This document shows, piece by piece, positions 14,101 to 27,517 of a stretch of DNA of 64,000 bases (position 1 is the first letter of the stretch; each line of letters opens with the position of its first letter). The notes beneath the pieces were generated by a model. It was not told where the DNA came from and ran no database searches. It saw nothing but the letters and a program-made list of their open reading frames with translations. The DNA is from Octopus bimaculoides (Eukaryota): assembly GCF_001194135.2 (NCBI RefSeq), contig NC_068983.1:135666210-135730209 (forward strand), given 5' to 3'. Position numbers and translations under genes: made by a program.

Positions 14101-17100
14101 TAAAAGAACTGGTTTTCTTTCATTTTCTCTACAATTTGTGGATTTACAAGTATTTTTCCCAGGCTATTGAAGAAAGGATGAGTTTGGAGGTATGGATATT
14201 TGCATCTAAATTGCCGTGGTTATTGCTTTCATAGCCAAGTCCTTTTTTCTAACATTAACCATTCAAGTGTAAAGAAGAGAGTGTCAGGTATAATGAAACA
14301 AGAGTACTTACAACATCAACAGAGAAGATGAATTGATGATTTGAAATAGAGACATTATACATAGGAGACAAAACAGTGAAAGATTACAACAAAAATCAGA
14401 AAGTTTAATATTTTTGAGAACTCATAATTTAATACATATGTATACTAAATAAATTAAATGAATACTGGGATCTAGTTGGTTTGGTTGCCAACATACCAAA
14501 AATTCAAGTGTATCTAAAATTTTGAAATTTGGCACATTAATATACTTTTCCAAGCTGAATTGCTGGAGTTATTTCACTTTTTACAGAAAAATGTTTCTAA
14601 AAAGTTATAGAGGTTTAAAGTTTGATCAGTTTCACCCAGTCAGGAAACAGGATTTGGAAGCTGTCATTTTGTGCATGACTGCACATGTTGTCAACACATG
14701 TTTTTATATGAGACCGTAAACAAATCAAATTCTGCTTAATGTACAGCATAAAAACCCCTTATAACTATTTTAGAATTTGGATTTTTCAGAAAATGTACTC
14801 TACACACAGGGATTCATACAATTATGCAAAACTTTTTTTTTTAAGTGGGGGTGGGCATGATTTAAGGCTTATTTAGCTGTTATTTTTAGCATGACTCATG
14901 ACCAGGGTACAAGCAACAGAACACAGTGTCAACTCATGTGGCATCATGTAGAATATATTTATCAACATACGTGCTTTCTTGCTGACAAAGGAGTTTGGCT
15001 TGTTACTATGGAAACGGGCATGAGTGTGACTGTGGCTTACAATTGGGTAAAATTACCCAAAATTTTCAAACTTTAATTGTTACTAATTCTTTATTTATTG
15101 ATTTATAGTGAAAATGATTTTCACGTCATTCATTAGTTTATAAAAGTGTAAGATTACACTGAATATGAAATCAAGCCAAACCAACTAGATCCAAATACTG
15201 TCTCTACTCAGCATCATATGCCAACCAATCTTATATGGAAATCCTTAGAACAAATACAAACTTCTGAGTTGTGGTGTACAGGTCCATCAACATGTAAATT
15301 ATGTTCTGTTTGAGACACCATCAACTATGAACAAATAACATTCAGTGTAATACGTAAAACTGTATACAAATCTTAGACATAACGGAATGGTAGCTTGCTA
15401 TGGAGACAGACTTAGAAACACAAGTAAAAATAATTAAAAAAAAATAACAATGGTTTTGTCTAAATTCATCTCTCCCAATGTGATTGTTCTCTCACAACCA
15501 CACATGGTCTCAAACTTCTAGCAAAAACAATGGTATCACTTGTGGATGAAAGTTTTAAAGAGTCGAAACCTCTCTAACATCTGAAGTAGCACACACAAAC
15601 ACACCACATTTGGTTTGCTTTACTTTGTCTGTTATTCATCCTAAAGTGGCTCTCTTTGAGAAAAAAAAAAAAGCCCCGAGATCATGTCATGAAGATTCAA
15701 CCTTTTTTCAGACAATGCACCTAGAACTACATTATCCCGCGCATCCTTCCTTTCTTTAAATATCTTTAAGACAGCAGGTGTTGGTTTCTAGCCAGTAAAG
15801 TGACGACTTAATAGCTTCTTTGCCAATCAAATATTTAGGAGCAAATAATAAATCTCACGTACACAAGTCAATCATAAATGTCATACCAGTGTATAGATAT
15901 AATTTAAAATATGGGGAGAAGGGGTTATCAAAGGGGATTTGCCTGCTTTACTGAATGTGATGAGAAGGTCTCTGGATCAGTTATCTGTACACTGGACAAA
16001 GGTAACTTAGTGAAAATTGAACACTGATGCATCATAGAAAGGGAATTGAATATGTAATACAAAATGTCTGAAGAAATGTTGAATGAGATGAAAAGGAATC
16101 AAACTGGGGAGTAGTTGTAGGAAGGGAACTAACTACTACTCAGTGTATCCCCCGCCCCCAAAAATGAAATTAGATAAACTGTAAGTAACTAAATAACATA
16201 TACACACAACATTCTTAAATTGTTGAAGTACCCACCCTGAATTTAATCAGTTACAAAAACACAAATCAAGAAAATAACCTACTTTGCCCTAAATAGCAGA
16301 TGAGAGAGAGAGAGAGAAAGAGAGAAAGAGCAGGCGGGGGGGGGGATAGACTGGCCAGCAGTTTAATATGCTGAGGACAATATCATCATTCAAATATAGA
16401 ACAAGACAAGCTGAATATTTAGTGCTGTGGACTAACTGGAGCAAAGATTTTCTACTTAAAAAAATAATAAATAAAAACAAAATTCATAAGTAACTAAATG
16501 AAACATCAATCAACATTATAGGTAGCTGTTTACAACAAATAATAAAAATAGGTATTGCTTTCAACACCTACTTTCCTTGTAAGTAAAAAAAAGTATACCA
16601 AGTCTGTCTTGCAATACTATCTTCAACCCCTTCAATTTTGTAATTCATTATGTGTATGTGTGTGTTAATCCTTAGGAAGATGGGCCAAAGAACAACTAAA
16701 TGAGAAGTTTTTGTATTGTTAAGCAGATGCTGGAGAGATCTAAAGGAGATGCCAGTTTGCTACTATTATTCTACTCCATGTTAACCCCAATTATATTGGT
16801 CTAAGCACAACACAGTACATTCCAACATAAGAATTAATTAAATGAATTGTAATAATGAGGGATTCCCTCAGTTCAACCTTAATTCCTTTAGAATATGAAT
16901 ATATTAAAAATAAGCATCAGCTGTTTTAACCAGCCAATCAATAAACTAATACTGAATACTGGAATGAACGCACAAATTACATAAAACTGCAGTTGCAAAG
17001 GTTTTGTTTATGCCCATGTCTCACAGTACATTTATGTCACACTCATGTCTTGTTAAATGAATCCATTTTTAGTGTAATAATTTGAATTTATATCAATTTT

Positions 17101-17184
17101 GCTCCTGGGAAAACAGACATTAAACAATGATGATGATCATTGTAATAATACTAGTCATACATTTAGTACTATTGATACATATGT

Positions 17185-17420
17185 GGAAGTGCATGGTTTA
17201 GTGGTTAGGGTACGGGACTCATGATTATAGGATTGTGGTTTTGATTCCTGGACCAGATGACATGTATTCTTGAGTAAAACACTTCATTTCATGTTGCTCC
17301 AGCCCACTCAGCTGGTAAAAATGGTAGTCCTGCAACGGACCAGTGTTCAGTCCAGGTGGGGAATATATGCGCCACAGAAACCAAGAAACTGGCCCTTTAA
17401 GTCTATATGACACAGACAGA
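17185..17420 (+). mobile_element. Diverged tRNA-derived SINE
   Basis: A-box-like TGGTTTAGTGG and B-box-like GGTTTTGATTCC, followed by the conserved central segment cttgagtaaaacacttcatttcatgttgctccagcccactcagctgg. Confidence 0.65.
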
Positions 17421-18052
17421 ATCTTTTATATCCCTTTTTTTGGATACATATATTCTTAAAAACTATCTTTATAAAAGTAAATATACATTTTTAAGCAAGT
17501 TTAAAAAGAAAAGCAGTTGATAGATTGGAAAGCAATCTAGAATGAATAACCAAGATGTTTCACTCTTTCTAATCTAGTTCAGAATTCAAGCCATTATGAT
17601 CACAACAATTATTATATTTTGTACCAGATCAGACATGACCTGAGTTAACAATAGCCCATACCTATTATTGCTGATCTCACTTGAAATGCTATGGAGTTAG
17701 AGAAGGTGGAATTGTTTACAAGCTAGTATGTCACTGGCTTAATATCTAGTATTGAGTCACAAAGTTGAAGGTGTAGGAACCTTATCTGCTATTTTTAGAA
17801 TGACGCAAGAAAATGACTGACACAAGACATCTACTTTTGTCTTTTATGTCATTTATTCAAAGTACAATTCAATGATTTTTTATCTATCTCACTACTGTAA
17901 ACAAGTATTTTTCAAGACGTGGCTACAGCTTAATGTGAGAAGTCTTCTTTCTATACAGTAATCTGATTCTATAAGTAGCATGTGCTATGTAATCACTCAG
18001 ACATTTTTTTTTTTTACTGTCTGAATTCCTTTTGATTGATCATGAATGTATT

Positions 18053-18510
18053 ATCATCATCATCAAAATTTAACATCCTTGTTTCATGCTGCCTGTGTTG
18101 GATGGTTTGACAGGATCTGATGGATCCATGGAATGCTTACTTAGCATGGTTTCTACATTGGATGCCCTCCCTAGCAGTAACCACTTTATATCATGTACTG
18201 GGAAAAAATTTCTGAATCATTATCTAATGGATAGCCTGAAAGTAACAAACAGCTATTATTTTACAGAACAAGGCACGAAATGTCTCCAAAGACTAGTTTT
18301 CAGTAACATGAGAATGCTTTTAATAAAGGTTTTAAATTTTGGCACAAGGCCAGCAATTTCAAGGGTTAAGGGAGCAAGTCAATTACATCAATCCCAGTAC
18401 TTGATTGGTACTTTATTTTATCGACCCTGAAAGGATTGAAGGCAAAGTTGACCTCAGTGGGACCCTTTAGGGCGGTGCTCCTGCCTGGCAGCAATCAAAT
18501 GACAAACAAA
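18053..18510 (-). mobile_element. Adjacent RTE-tail fragment (18053-18200) and SINE fragment (18320-18510)
   Basis: catcatcatc...ccatgctgcc...gatgccctccctagcagtaaccacttta, then ggcacaaggccagcaattt...tttatcgaccctgaaaggattgaaggcaaagttgacc. Confidence 0.6.
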
Positions 18511-19814
18511 TAAAAGAATACACACACACAGAGTTTGCCTCAATATCAGCCACCCTTGCTAAATATGTATCTTGAAAATCAACTAGTTATTGATCATCTG
18601 AAACAGCTGTAAAGATAAAACTTGATTACATCATGTAATTTGTACATGCAACTTTTCATATCATACATTTCTTACGCCAGCTATTGTTGGTCTGTCTCTA
18701 GTTTACACACACACACACACACACACACGTGTGTGTGTGTATCATTTTAACATCCACTTTTTCATGATTGCATAGGTTGAATGGAATTTGTTGAGACACT
18801 TTCTAAGGCTGGATGCCCTATCATGCAAAGTCAAAGAAAGGAGACAGTAAAACGCACACATACAATGAGCTTCTTTCAGTTTCCATCAACCAAATCCACT
18901 CACAAAGCTTCGGTCAGCCTGGGTCTGTAGTAGGTACCATGTGGCTGGGAAGTAAACTTCTTAAGCACACAGCCATGCCTGCACACATACATCTCCACTT
19001 TTTTTTTTTTGCTTGGCTTACCTTATATCAACCCACATTGTTTGGCTTATCTTATATCAACTCAACACTGGCTAAATTCAATATAGATGAAGACACAGGA
19101 AGGTAATAATAATATATTTTTTCTTTTTATTGCTGCATTAGAGATTCATTCTTCTTATTTAAATTCACATAGACATTGGTCATAACACTTATTAATTTGT
19201 AATTAGCAATAGAGCATTCTCAGCGATTAAATACTTCAAATACTTTGAGATAAATTAAGACATGCCATATAGGACTTGTGTATGACTATCACGCACACAG
19301 AAAGCTTTAAAATATCACACACTTATTATCCACTGCAAAGTTAATACTAAGATAACAAAAATACTCCATTAGTGTGTTATCACTGACTGTGATCAAGAAG
19401 ACTGCACCATATGGATAGATAAGCTACTTCACATGTGTATAGCATAGAGGGTACTATGCAATCAACCCATACAACTGATTATGAAATAAGACACACATCT
19501 ATCTATCTATCTATAAATATATACATGTATATATATATATATATACATACACACACAAATTAGATGATATCTAAAAGATGACATGAGTAAAATCACTAGA
19601 GACAGAAGTTGACAAGTCACCTAACCAATCCATATCGAAACAAGCTGCATCATTGTTTTTCTACAGTTGATATTTGAAAAGTTATAACACCACTGAAAAC
19701 AAATACAGTAGATATGCCAATAATAAAACTTCTACATAGTTACTCAAACTGATAGAAATAGCAACTTCACCTGAAATCATACCCTTTTGTCTTAAAAAGA
19801 TAAGATGACCATAT

Positions 19815-20760
19815 ATCATCACAATCATAACTTTTCGTCTGATTTCCATGCTGGTATGGGTTGAACAAGTTGTTACAATGAAAGCCGTTTCTTTTTGAAA
19901 TCTGTTACTGATGCTCACATATGTCAGTTTTGTCTCTATGGGTAGAGGCCCTTTTTACTGCCAACCACTTTACAGAGTACTGGGTATGTTTCTCGTAACA
20001 CCAAACACTAGAAAGGTTGTATATAGGGACCTCAGAACCCTACACATTCCCTGCTCTTTTGTCAACCACTTCACAGTTTATGCTGAGCACATTTTGGAAT
20101 GAAAAAGCTAGAGATTCTAAAGAGATTCACCCATCACATGAGGGAGGTGTTGTCAGTTTCAATTGTGACATAAGAGTGTGCCTTGTACATAGAACATTGT
20201 AGAGAATATTCAGAGAGCTGAGACATGTACATCAGGGAGAAGAAATAGGGGAGAAGTGAAGCCAGCAACAAAGCCAAAAGTGGATGAAAAGAGCAAGTGA
20301 CAAGAGTACTTAATAACCAAGGGTGTGTACATTTGCTCAGGTGACTAAGGGATTAGAAGAGCAATGACATCAGAAAGACCAGGAAGAAAGGAGTAACAAT
20401 ATGATGTAAGCAGCAAAGTTATTTGGGGTGGAGTCAGGTAAGGAGTGACTTAACAGCAGAGGTGGACAAAGGCAAGAGCAGGTGACGGGATCAGATAAAA
20501 AGTGATAGATGGTAATAAAGTGGCTTTGAGTAGGGGAGAATGACTGGTGATAGAGACGAGGAAAGAGAGTGAAGGAGATGCACTAGAGAGAAGTAATAAG
20601 AGAACTATGAAAATGGTCCCAATATGCTCTCTTATGCACAGACTTAGTAATGGACTGAAGTGAAAGAGGGAGCAATAGGGTGATGAAGGGGCTCAAAGGA
20701 TTCACTATATAAGTTTGACAGAGCACAAAGTATATCAACCTCTAAGCATACTTCTAAACC
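19815..20760 (-). mobile_element. Composite repeat: RTE-type tail plus purine-rich (minus-strand pyrimidine-rich) body
   Basis: Tail motifs ccatgctggtatgggttg and gccaaccactttacagagtactggg, followed on + by an AG-rich body. Same polarity as the other composite copies. Confidence 0.5.
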
Positions 20761-20789
20761 ATGATAAATCTTTATGCTATAAAACATAT

Positions 20790-21050
20790 TGAATTCTCTT
20801 GGCACCTTGGACAAGTGTCTTCCACTTTAACCCTGGGACAATCAAAGCCTTATGAGTGGGTTTGAAATATGGAGATAAAAAGAAGCTCATTGTGTGTTTG
20901 TGTGTGCCTCCATAACTCAATAGTCTGGCAAAAGGGACACTGACAGAATAAGTACCAGGCTTAAAAATAAGTACTAGAGTTTATTTGTTTAACTAAGCCC
21001 TTCAAGGTAGTGCTCCAGCATGGCTGCAATCTAATGACTAAAACAAAACT
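20790..21050 (+). mobile_element. Diverged SINE 3' portion ending at a (TA)n array
   Basis: ggcaccttggacaagtgtcttc...gaataagtaccaggcttaaaaataagtact...gtgctccagcatggctgcaatctaatgactaaaacaa. Confidence 0.5.
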
Positions 21051-21052
21051 TG

Positions 21053-21096
<44 letters not shown>

Positions 21097-22611
21097 NNNN
21101 NNNNNNNNNNNNNNNNNNNNNNNNNNNNNNNNNNNNNNNNNNNNNNNNNNNNNNNNNNNNNNNNNNNNNNNNNNNNNNNNNNNNNNNNNNNNNNNNNNNN
21201 NNNNNNNNNNNNNNNNNNNNNNNNNNNNNNNNNNNNNNNNNNNNNNNNNNNNNNNNNNNNNNNNNNNNNNNNNNNNNNNNNNNNNNNNNNNNNNNNNNNN
21301 NNNNNNNNNNNNNNNNNNNNNNNNNNNNNNNNNNNNNNNNNNNNNNNNNNNNNNNNNNNNNNNNNNNNNNNNNNNNNNNNNNNNNNNNNNNNNNNNNNNN
21401 NNNNNNNNNNNNNNNNNNNNNNNNNNNNNNNNNNNNNNNNNNNNNNNNNNNNNNNNNNNNNNNNNNNNNNNNNNNNATATATATATATATATATATATTT
21501 CTATATATATATATATATAATAACATAATATATAAATATATGCATATATCCATACATATATGTACATACCTTCATCTATATGTATACATACATGCATATA
21601 TGGGTATATGACATCACAAAAAACGTTGAACACAATGAGAAACGAAAACAGAAAACAAACTTTTTTGCGAACAACGAAAAAAACAGAGAAAAGAGACATG
21701 CAACATAAAGAATATTTCCCTTCTTCAGTTTTATTCAACTAATAAAACTTAAAAATATGCTTGTTTTGATCCTTAAGTTCTAATGTTTAGCTTAATTCCA
21801 TATCTATTTTAAGGCAACCACCACCCACCTAATTTTAAAAAGGCATCCAATAAATCATCATCATTGTTTAACGTCCACTTTCCATGCTGGCATGGGTTGG
21901 AGATAATTTATTCATTAAAAAAAAAAAAAAAAAAGCATAACTTATTTTTAAAATGGTGATACGATTTTTTATAAAATAAATTTGTATTAAAAGAAATCTC
22001 ATCTCACAGAACCCAAAAGTTTCATGGAATCTGTTTCGAGAAATGCTGATCAGGATTGCTTAGTTTTATTTATTTATGGATACAATTTGGCCAGCAGTGA
22101 CTCTGGTATCACTTTTTCCACACATTACTAACAGGAATGTCAGATGGTTCAAATATCAGAGACAATCTCTAGCAACAAGATTCTAAAGATATCGCCATCA
22201 TCACACCATTACATCTACCACAGCAATCACCACCACCAATACAACTACTATGTCCTGTTTGGAATAGTCATAAGACCAATTTTGTAATCTACTGAATTAA
22301 TTCCAGTGTATTGCTGTTGATTCTATACAGATTAAAGTTTGTAGAATTTGAACCATTATCACAACTAGTTTTAGTGCTAATGAAGGTAATGATTTCTTAC
22401 ATGTGCATGTAACATGTGGCTCAGTAATTTACCTTGTTGAAAGCACAAAGCATGTCTGCACCAAAGAATTTGAAATGTGTTTTTATGTTAACCTTGTCCA
22501 ATTAATTGGTCAAACCATCCCTAACAACTTTCAAAGGTAACCTTAAGCAATTGACTATTTCCTAATTGTACTTAGATCAACTTAGAACACACACACATAC
22601 ACAATCATCTT

Positions 22612-23170
22612 CACCATCATTTAACGTCCGTTTTCCATGCTGGCATGGGTTGGATGGTCTGACAGGAGCTGACCAGCTGAAGGGCTATTCAGGTTCCATG
22701 TCTGTTTGGGCATGGTTTCTAGGGCTGGATGCCCTTCCTAACTCCACTTTACAGAATGTACTGGGTGCTTTTGCACAGCACCAACACCTATGAGCCTGCA
22801 AGATAAGGGATGCTCAGCAAGAGAGTTGCAGGGGACAAGCCTGTGTGCAAGAGCAACCATGCTTTTATTTAGCTTGATGTGTCTTTTCAAGCACAGCAAA
22901 CTGTCAAGTGTCTCAGTCCCCTGTCATCTCCTGAGTCCTAATGTCTGTAGATCCTTTTTCACCACTCCATCTCACATCTCCCTGGGTCTACCCCTTCCAC
23001 ATGTTCTCTCTACAATTAGAGATCGGCACCTCTTGATGCAGCTGATGAGATTCTTTCAGTTTCTGTCTCTCAAACCCACTCACAAGGCTTTGGTTGACGC
23101 AAGGCTATAGTAAAACCTGAAACCATGTGGTTGGAAAGTAAACTTCTTACTACACAGCCACACCTGTTCC
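22612..23170 (-). mobile_element. RTE-tailed non-autonomous retroelement
   Basis: catcatttaacgtccgttttccatgctggcatgggttggatgg...gctggatgcccttcctaactccactttacagaatgtactgggtgc. Confidence 0.7.
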
Positions 23171-24599
23171 TTATAAAGACAATGAAGGAAAAATAGTCCT
23201 AAACACTACACAATAGCAAACATACAGATCCTTCAGTTAAAGAACCCTAAAAAGACTCAACTGGATCAGTATACATGAAAATATCAGTAACATGACTAAA
23301 GAGAAGTTTGTTAAAATTAACTTTTTAACAAGCTCAAAACAGAGAGAATTAAAAATCAAAATTATAAATAGATTTTTCTTTTGTCATTCACTGTAACTTG
23401 ATACAGACATTAATTGAAATGTGGTTTGAAAGAGTTTGAGGGTTAATTATAAATTAGAACAGAATAGATAATCAAAGCTGAAAGTAATGGAATAGTTTAA
23501 ATATAACTATTACATTTAAGATTTCTGACCATTCATATACAGTTAGTGAAATAACAGCAAAGGAAATATTCTAAGATATGCTGATGCTTTAAAGCAATGT
23601 GGAAGCAAACATGAAAATGGCTTAGCTGCAGCCAATTTCTAAGTATGCAATTAAGAGATTATTTAGGGTTTCAGTTCTTAAGCATGGTCAAACATCACTT
23701 TCTAATTATAAGTCTCTTCTAAAATAGCCATTTACCGATATAATTTATCTATTGTATGACATTGTCCATTAGGTCACTTAGAGAATTCACTAGAGCAGTT
23801 CTGCACTGTTTTTCCTATGTAGCTGACTGAAGTCAAAGACTTTTAGAACAGAATCTTCATATTTTTTCCCCAAATGTATATTAATAAGGAAAAAAAGGTG
23901 AAGTGAAACTGATTCCAAAAGAAAGAAGACTGAAAGAAGACAAATACTATTTCCTGTTAGTATACAGCAAATCCTGGATGCTCACACAGTTGTAGTAACT
24001 GCAAAGTTGAATCTTGAAGAAAAATTTAACTGTCTTAAAGGAAATCTCAATAGAATTCTTGGAGTTTATACAAAAACTATTCAAAAGATATGTGAAAGAT
24101 AAGGTAGAAAATTTCAAAAGCATGTGATTTGAAAAATCGTCTTGGAACATAAATGTAAAATATTTCTTAAATGCATGTAATAAAGAATGGTTTTTTAGAG
24201 AAAAATATAGCAGTGAAGAAGAATGTACTGACAACTTCCAAAAATTTCACACATTAATGGAGAGAAGTGAAGACATTTTTCTTTTTTTGTCAGACCAAAC
24301 ATTATTGTTTTATATAAGCTGATATAGGATGTAAAATACTTTAGTCTTCATTTTAAAGTTTTGTTTGTTTGTAGGTCTTAAAAAAAAAACCTTGATGGAT
24401 TCTATAAATTAATGAATGGTTTCACGAGTTCAAGCCCACTTTTATCTGAAATAGTATCTAATTATATATACTTAACAGGCAATGTTGGTATGCCACAAGG
24501 AAATTCCAGTGTGTTATTCGGATTAACATTCATATTCTAATATCTCAAAGAAAATAATGAAAAAAATTAGCAAGCTGACAGGAAGACGTCTAACATGCG

Positions 24600-27427
24600 T
24601 ACACATATATAATGTTTAAAAACAAAGAACATGGATGAAAGAGATACTAATTCAAACGTCAAGTGCCAAGAAGCAGGCGGTCGTTGGGTTAACAATGTAA
24701 TTGAGAAAGGTTATTTAGATGATATAATAGTTGTGAACATATTCCACAACACGTGCAAATATTGGTCGACTTGAGACATGTAAAGAAAACAAAAGGAAGG
24801 ATTTCAGATGATGCAACATGTACAGGAAGAACGAAAGAAATATTTTAAAGGATATCATACTGGAATAAAGAAAAAGAGGAAATCAAAACTAGGACATCCC
24901 AATAGTGAAAAAAAAGTTCAGAACAGTATTATTAGGGTGTAACAGGGCGGGGGTGTAAGCATGTGTGATAAAAGATGATAAAAGGAGGAGAACAAATAGC
25001 TGGGAGGTGTAAAGAAACTAAGGTTTGAAATATACAATACTGCTTGAACTCAGTTCACGAAATCCGTTAAAAATATATACAAAGCCAACCAACAAGCAGT
25101 ATTTTATAACGACAACCATTTCCCTCTCCTCAAGCAAAGTAAAATGTGTACAGAGGGAGGGGGAGAATCCATGACAATTTCCTTGCTACTGTTCATGAAA
25201 ACTCAACCATAAGGACTATTATTTTGAGTAATATTGCACATATAATGTGATGAAATATCTAAAAATAACGATAACACAATGATATATTATAGCTGTAGAT
25301 AAAAATATACTAAAATTTTTACTAAATATTGGCACAAATCCAAACATTGAACGCGTGCGAATATTAACAGCATCTGTTCATATGAATATATGCACATAAT
25401 AATCGTGCTGTTAAGATCTAATATAATATTTATATCCAGATTGAAAGAACATTGTCATAATGTGATAAACGTCGAAAAATCACTGGTAGTTGATAAGTAT
25501 TGGCGACCGTCTTCAATACCCGGTCGAATTAGAGAGGATGGCTATTAAAAAAAGTCAAAATAATAAGTAGGAAAGTTGAAGTTCATGAACTCAACATACA
25601 CGCAAACAGTATGTAGTCACATTAAACATTACCGTGAAATAGTGTGTATGTAGTTTGTATTTAAATGGTATATGAACAGAACAATTTTTTTAAGGAGTAG
25701 AGGCTACACAATTATACAGCTTATAGGGTGGGGATTAAACAGTACCCGGAATATAGAATTTTTATACGACACAAAGCTTTGGTATTTTTTAAGAGGGGAA
25801 AACGGACACAATATGTGTAGCATTTAGGATAGTCATGATACAAATAAGACGAAATGGCCATAACCGGAAATCGAAACCGGTTCACGGCTGGGCTTAGCAT
25901 GCCGAGAGCTGACATTCTATAGCACTCTAAACATTAGATAAATGTCATTATTAAACAAAATCCTGTCTCTTCTATTTAAATTTTTGAAGACAGACCTACT
26001 CAGATCAACAGAAAATAAATGAGAAAAAGCAATAAAACAAATATATTAATAAGGATAGATTTAATCCTTATAAATCGTTTCCCCGTATTGCTGCTAATAT
26101 ATTATAGTGCCCAAAAGTTATTTGGGGATGACAGCGAATTATTCATAATTGTAACCTGGGAGAAATCTATACTCGTTTTGACCTAAGGCATTTATCTCAC
26201 GCCGCGAACGAGAAACTCCGAGTAATGACTCAGCTTTAAATAAACATCCTACACTAACAAATAATGTTGAGTATTTTCTTTCGCTTAATTACATTCCACA
26301 CCAGTGTGATCCTACCACGGGTGGAGTATCTGCTTCTCTCTCTCTCATATATATATATATCTTTCGTATAAATATACATATAGTATGCGATTTTGTTCAA
26401 GGCGACTATAGAGGAGAGAGAAGTATTAACAGTAAAGCATTTTAAAAGTTGTTGTCAAGGGCGTGTATAGAAGTTAGATAAAATTAAGCGGAATAAAAAG
26501 GTTTTTAATGAGTTCCCTATCAGAAAACTAGATATACACTAAAAAAATGAAATGCTGATCAATTTATAGAATAAAATGAAATACTAGTAAAGATTGTCAT
26601 TAAAGTGTGTTTCTATAGAAAGTGTTGTGTAACTAACAAAACTAAGCAGCTAGTGAAAACCGAATTCCCACTGCTACTATCACCAACACTACTCGTTTGA
26701 TACATGACCCCTAACAGCTAACAAAATGAGTGTGTACAATATACATATTTATTGTATGAGTGCGAGAACATGTTTATGCGTGTATAAATCAGAGCGAAAA
26801 TATGTGTGCAGTGCGAATGTACTACAGTGTGTACGCGCGCGCGCGCACATACACACACGAACTACATAGACAACAGAGACCAAAGCAACGGCAGATATAT
26901 GCGCACCTGCCGTTTTAGTAATTTAAGATGGGAAAAACACCTGTACACTCAACTGCTCGTCGACGGTCATATTATAGAGCAAATATTCAATTTAAAAAGT
27001 ATGAGCAAAATGAAATGTTTCTTATCACTTCACACTGCCAGCAAAAACAAACTGAATTTAAAAATCATAAATCCCCATGACATTGCCCCACCAGCTGATT
27101 ATGAAGTAGAGGTAATTAGTAAACAGGTAGTTACAGAAGAACAACCATACAAAATATTTCTCACATAAGCTTAACACAGAGATATAAAGCCAGATCTTAA
27201 AGGGACTGGATCGACCCAATGCTAGGACTAGTATCTATTTTATCGATGATGGAAAGATGATTGTTAGTCGCAAGCATCTGAACAAAATTAAATACTATAC
27301 GGTATTCAATTCAGCTCTCCATTTCTGCCTCACCATTACATACCATGTGTGTGTGTGTATATATATATATTTACACACACACACATATATATATATACAC
27401 AAACACACACATATATACAAACACACG

Positions 27428-27463
<36 letters not shown>

Positions 27464-27466
27464 CAA

Positions 27467-27517
<51 letters not shown>

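Noticed and set aside
19560-19655. CTAAAAGA...CGAAACAAGCTG pattern
   Set aside because: Too many core mismatches to call a hammerhead.
23902-24300. Protein-like stop-free stretches (66 and about 60 codons) in two frames
   Set aside because: No start codon, consistent splice sites or recognisable motif. Left unassigned.
25721-25915. 64-aa minus-strand ORF MSALGMLSPAVNRFRF... inside the CpG-rich domain
   Set aside because: No homology recognised, and it stops before the candidate donor. At most a uORF or chance.
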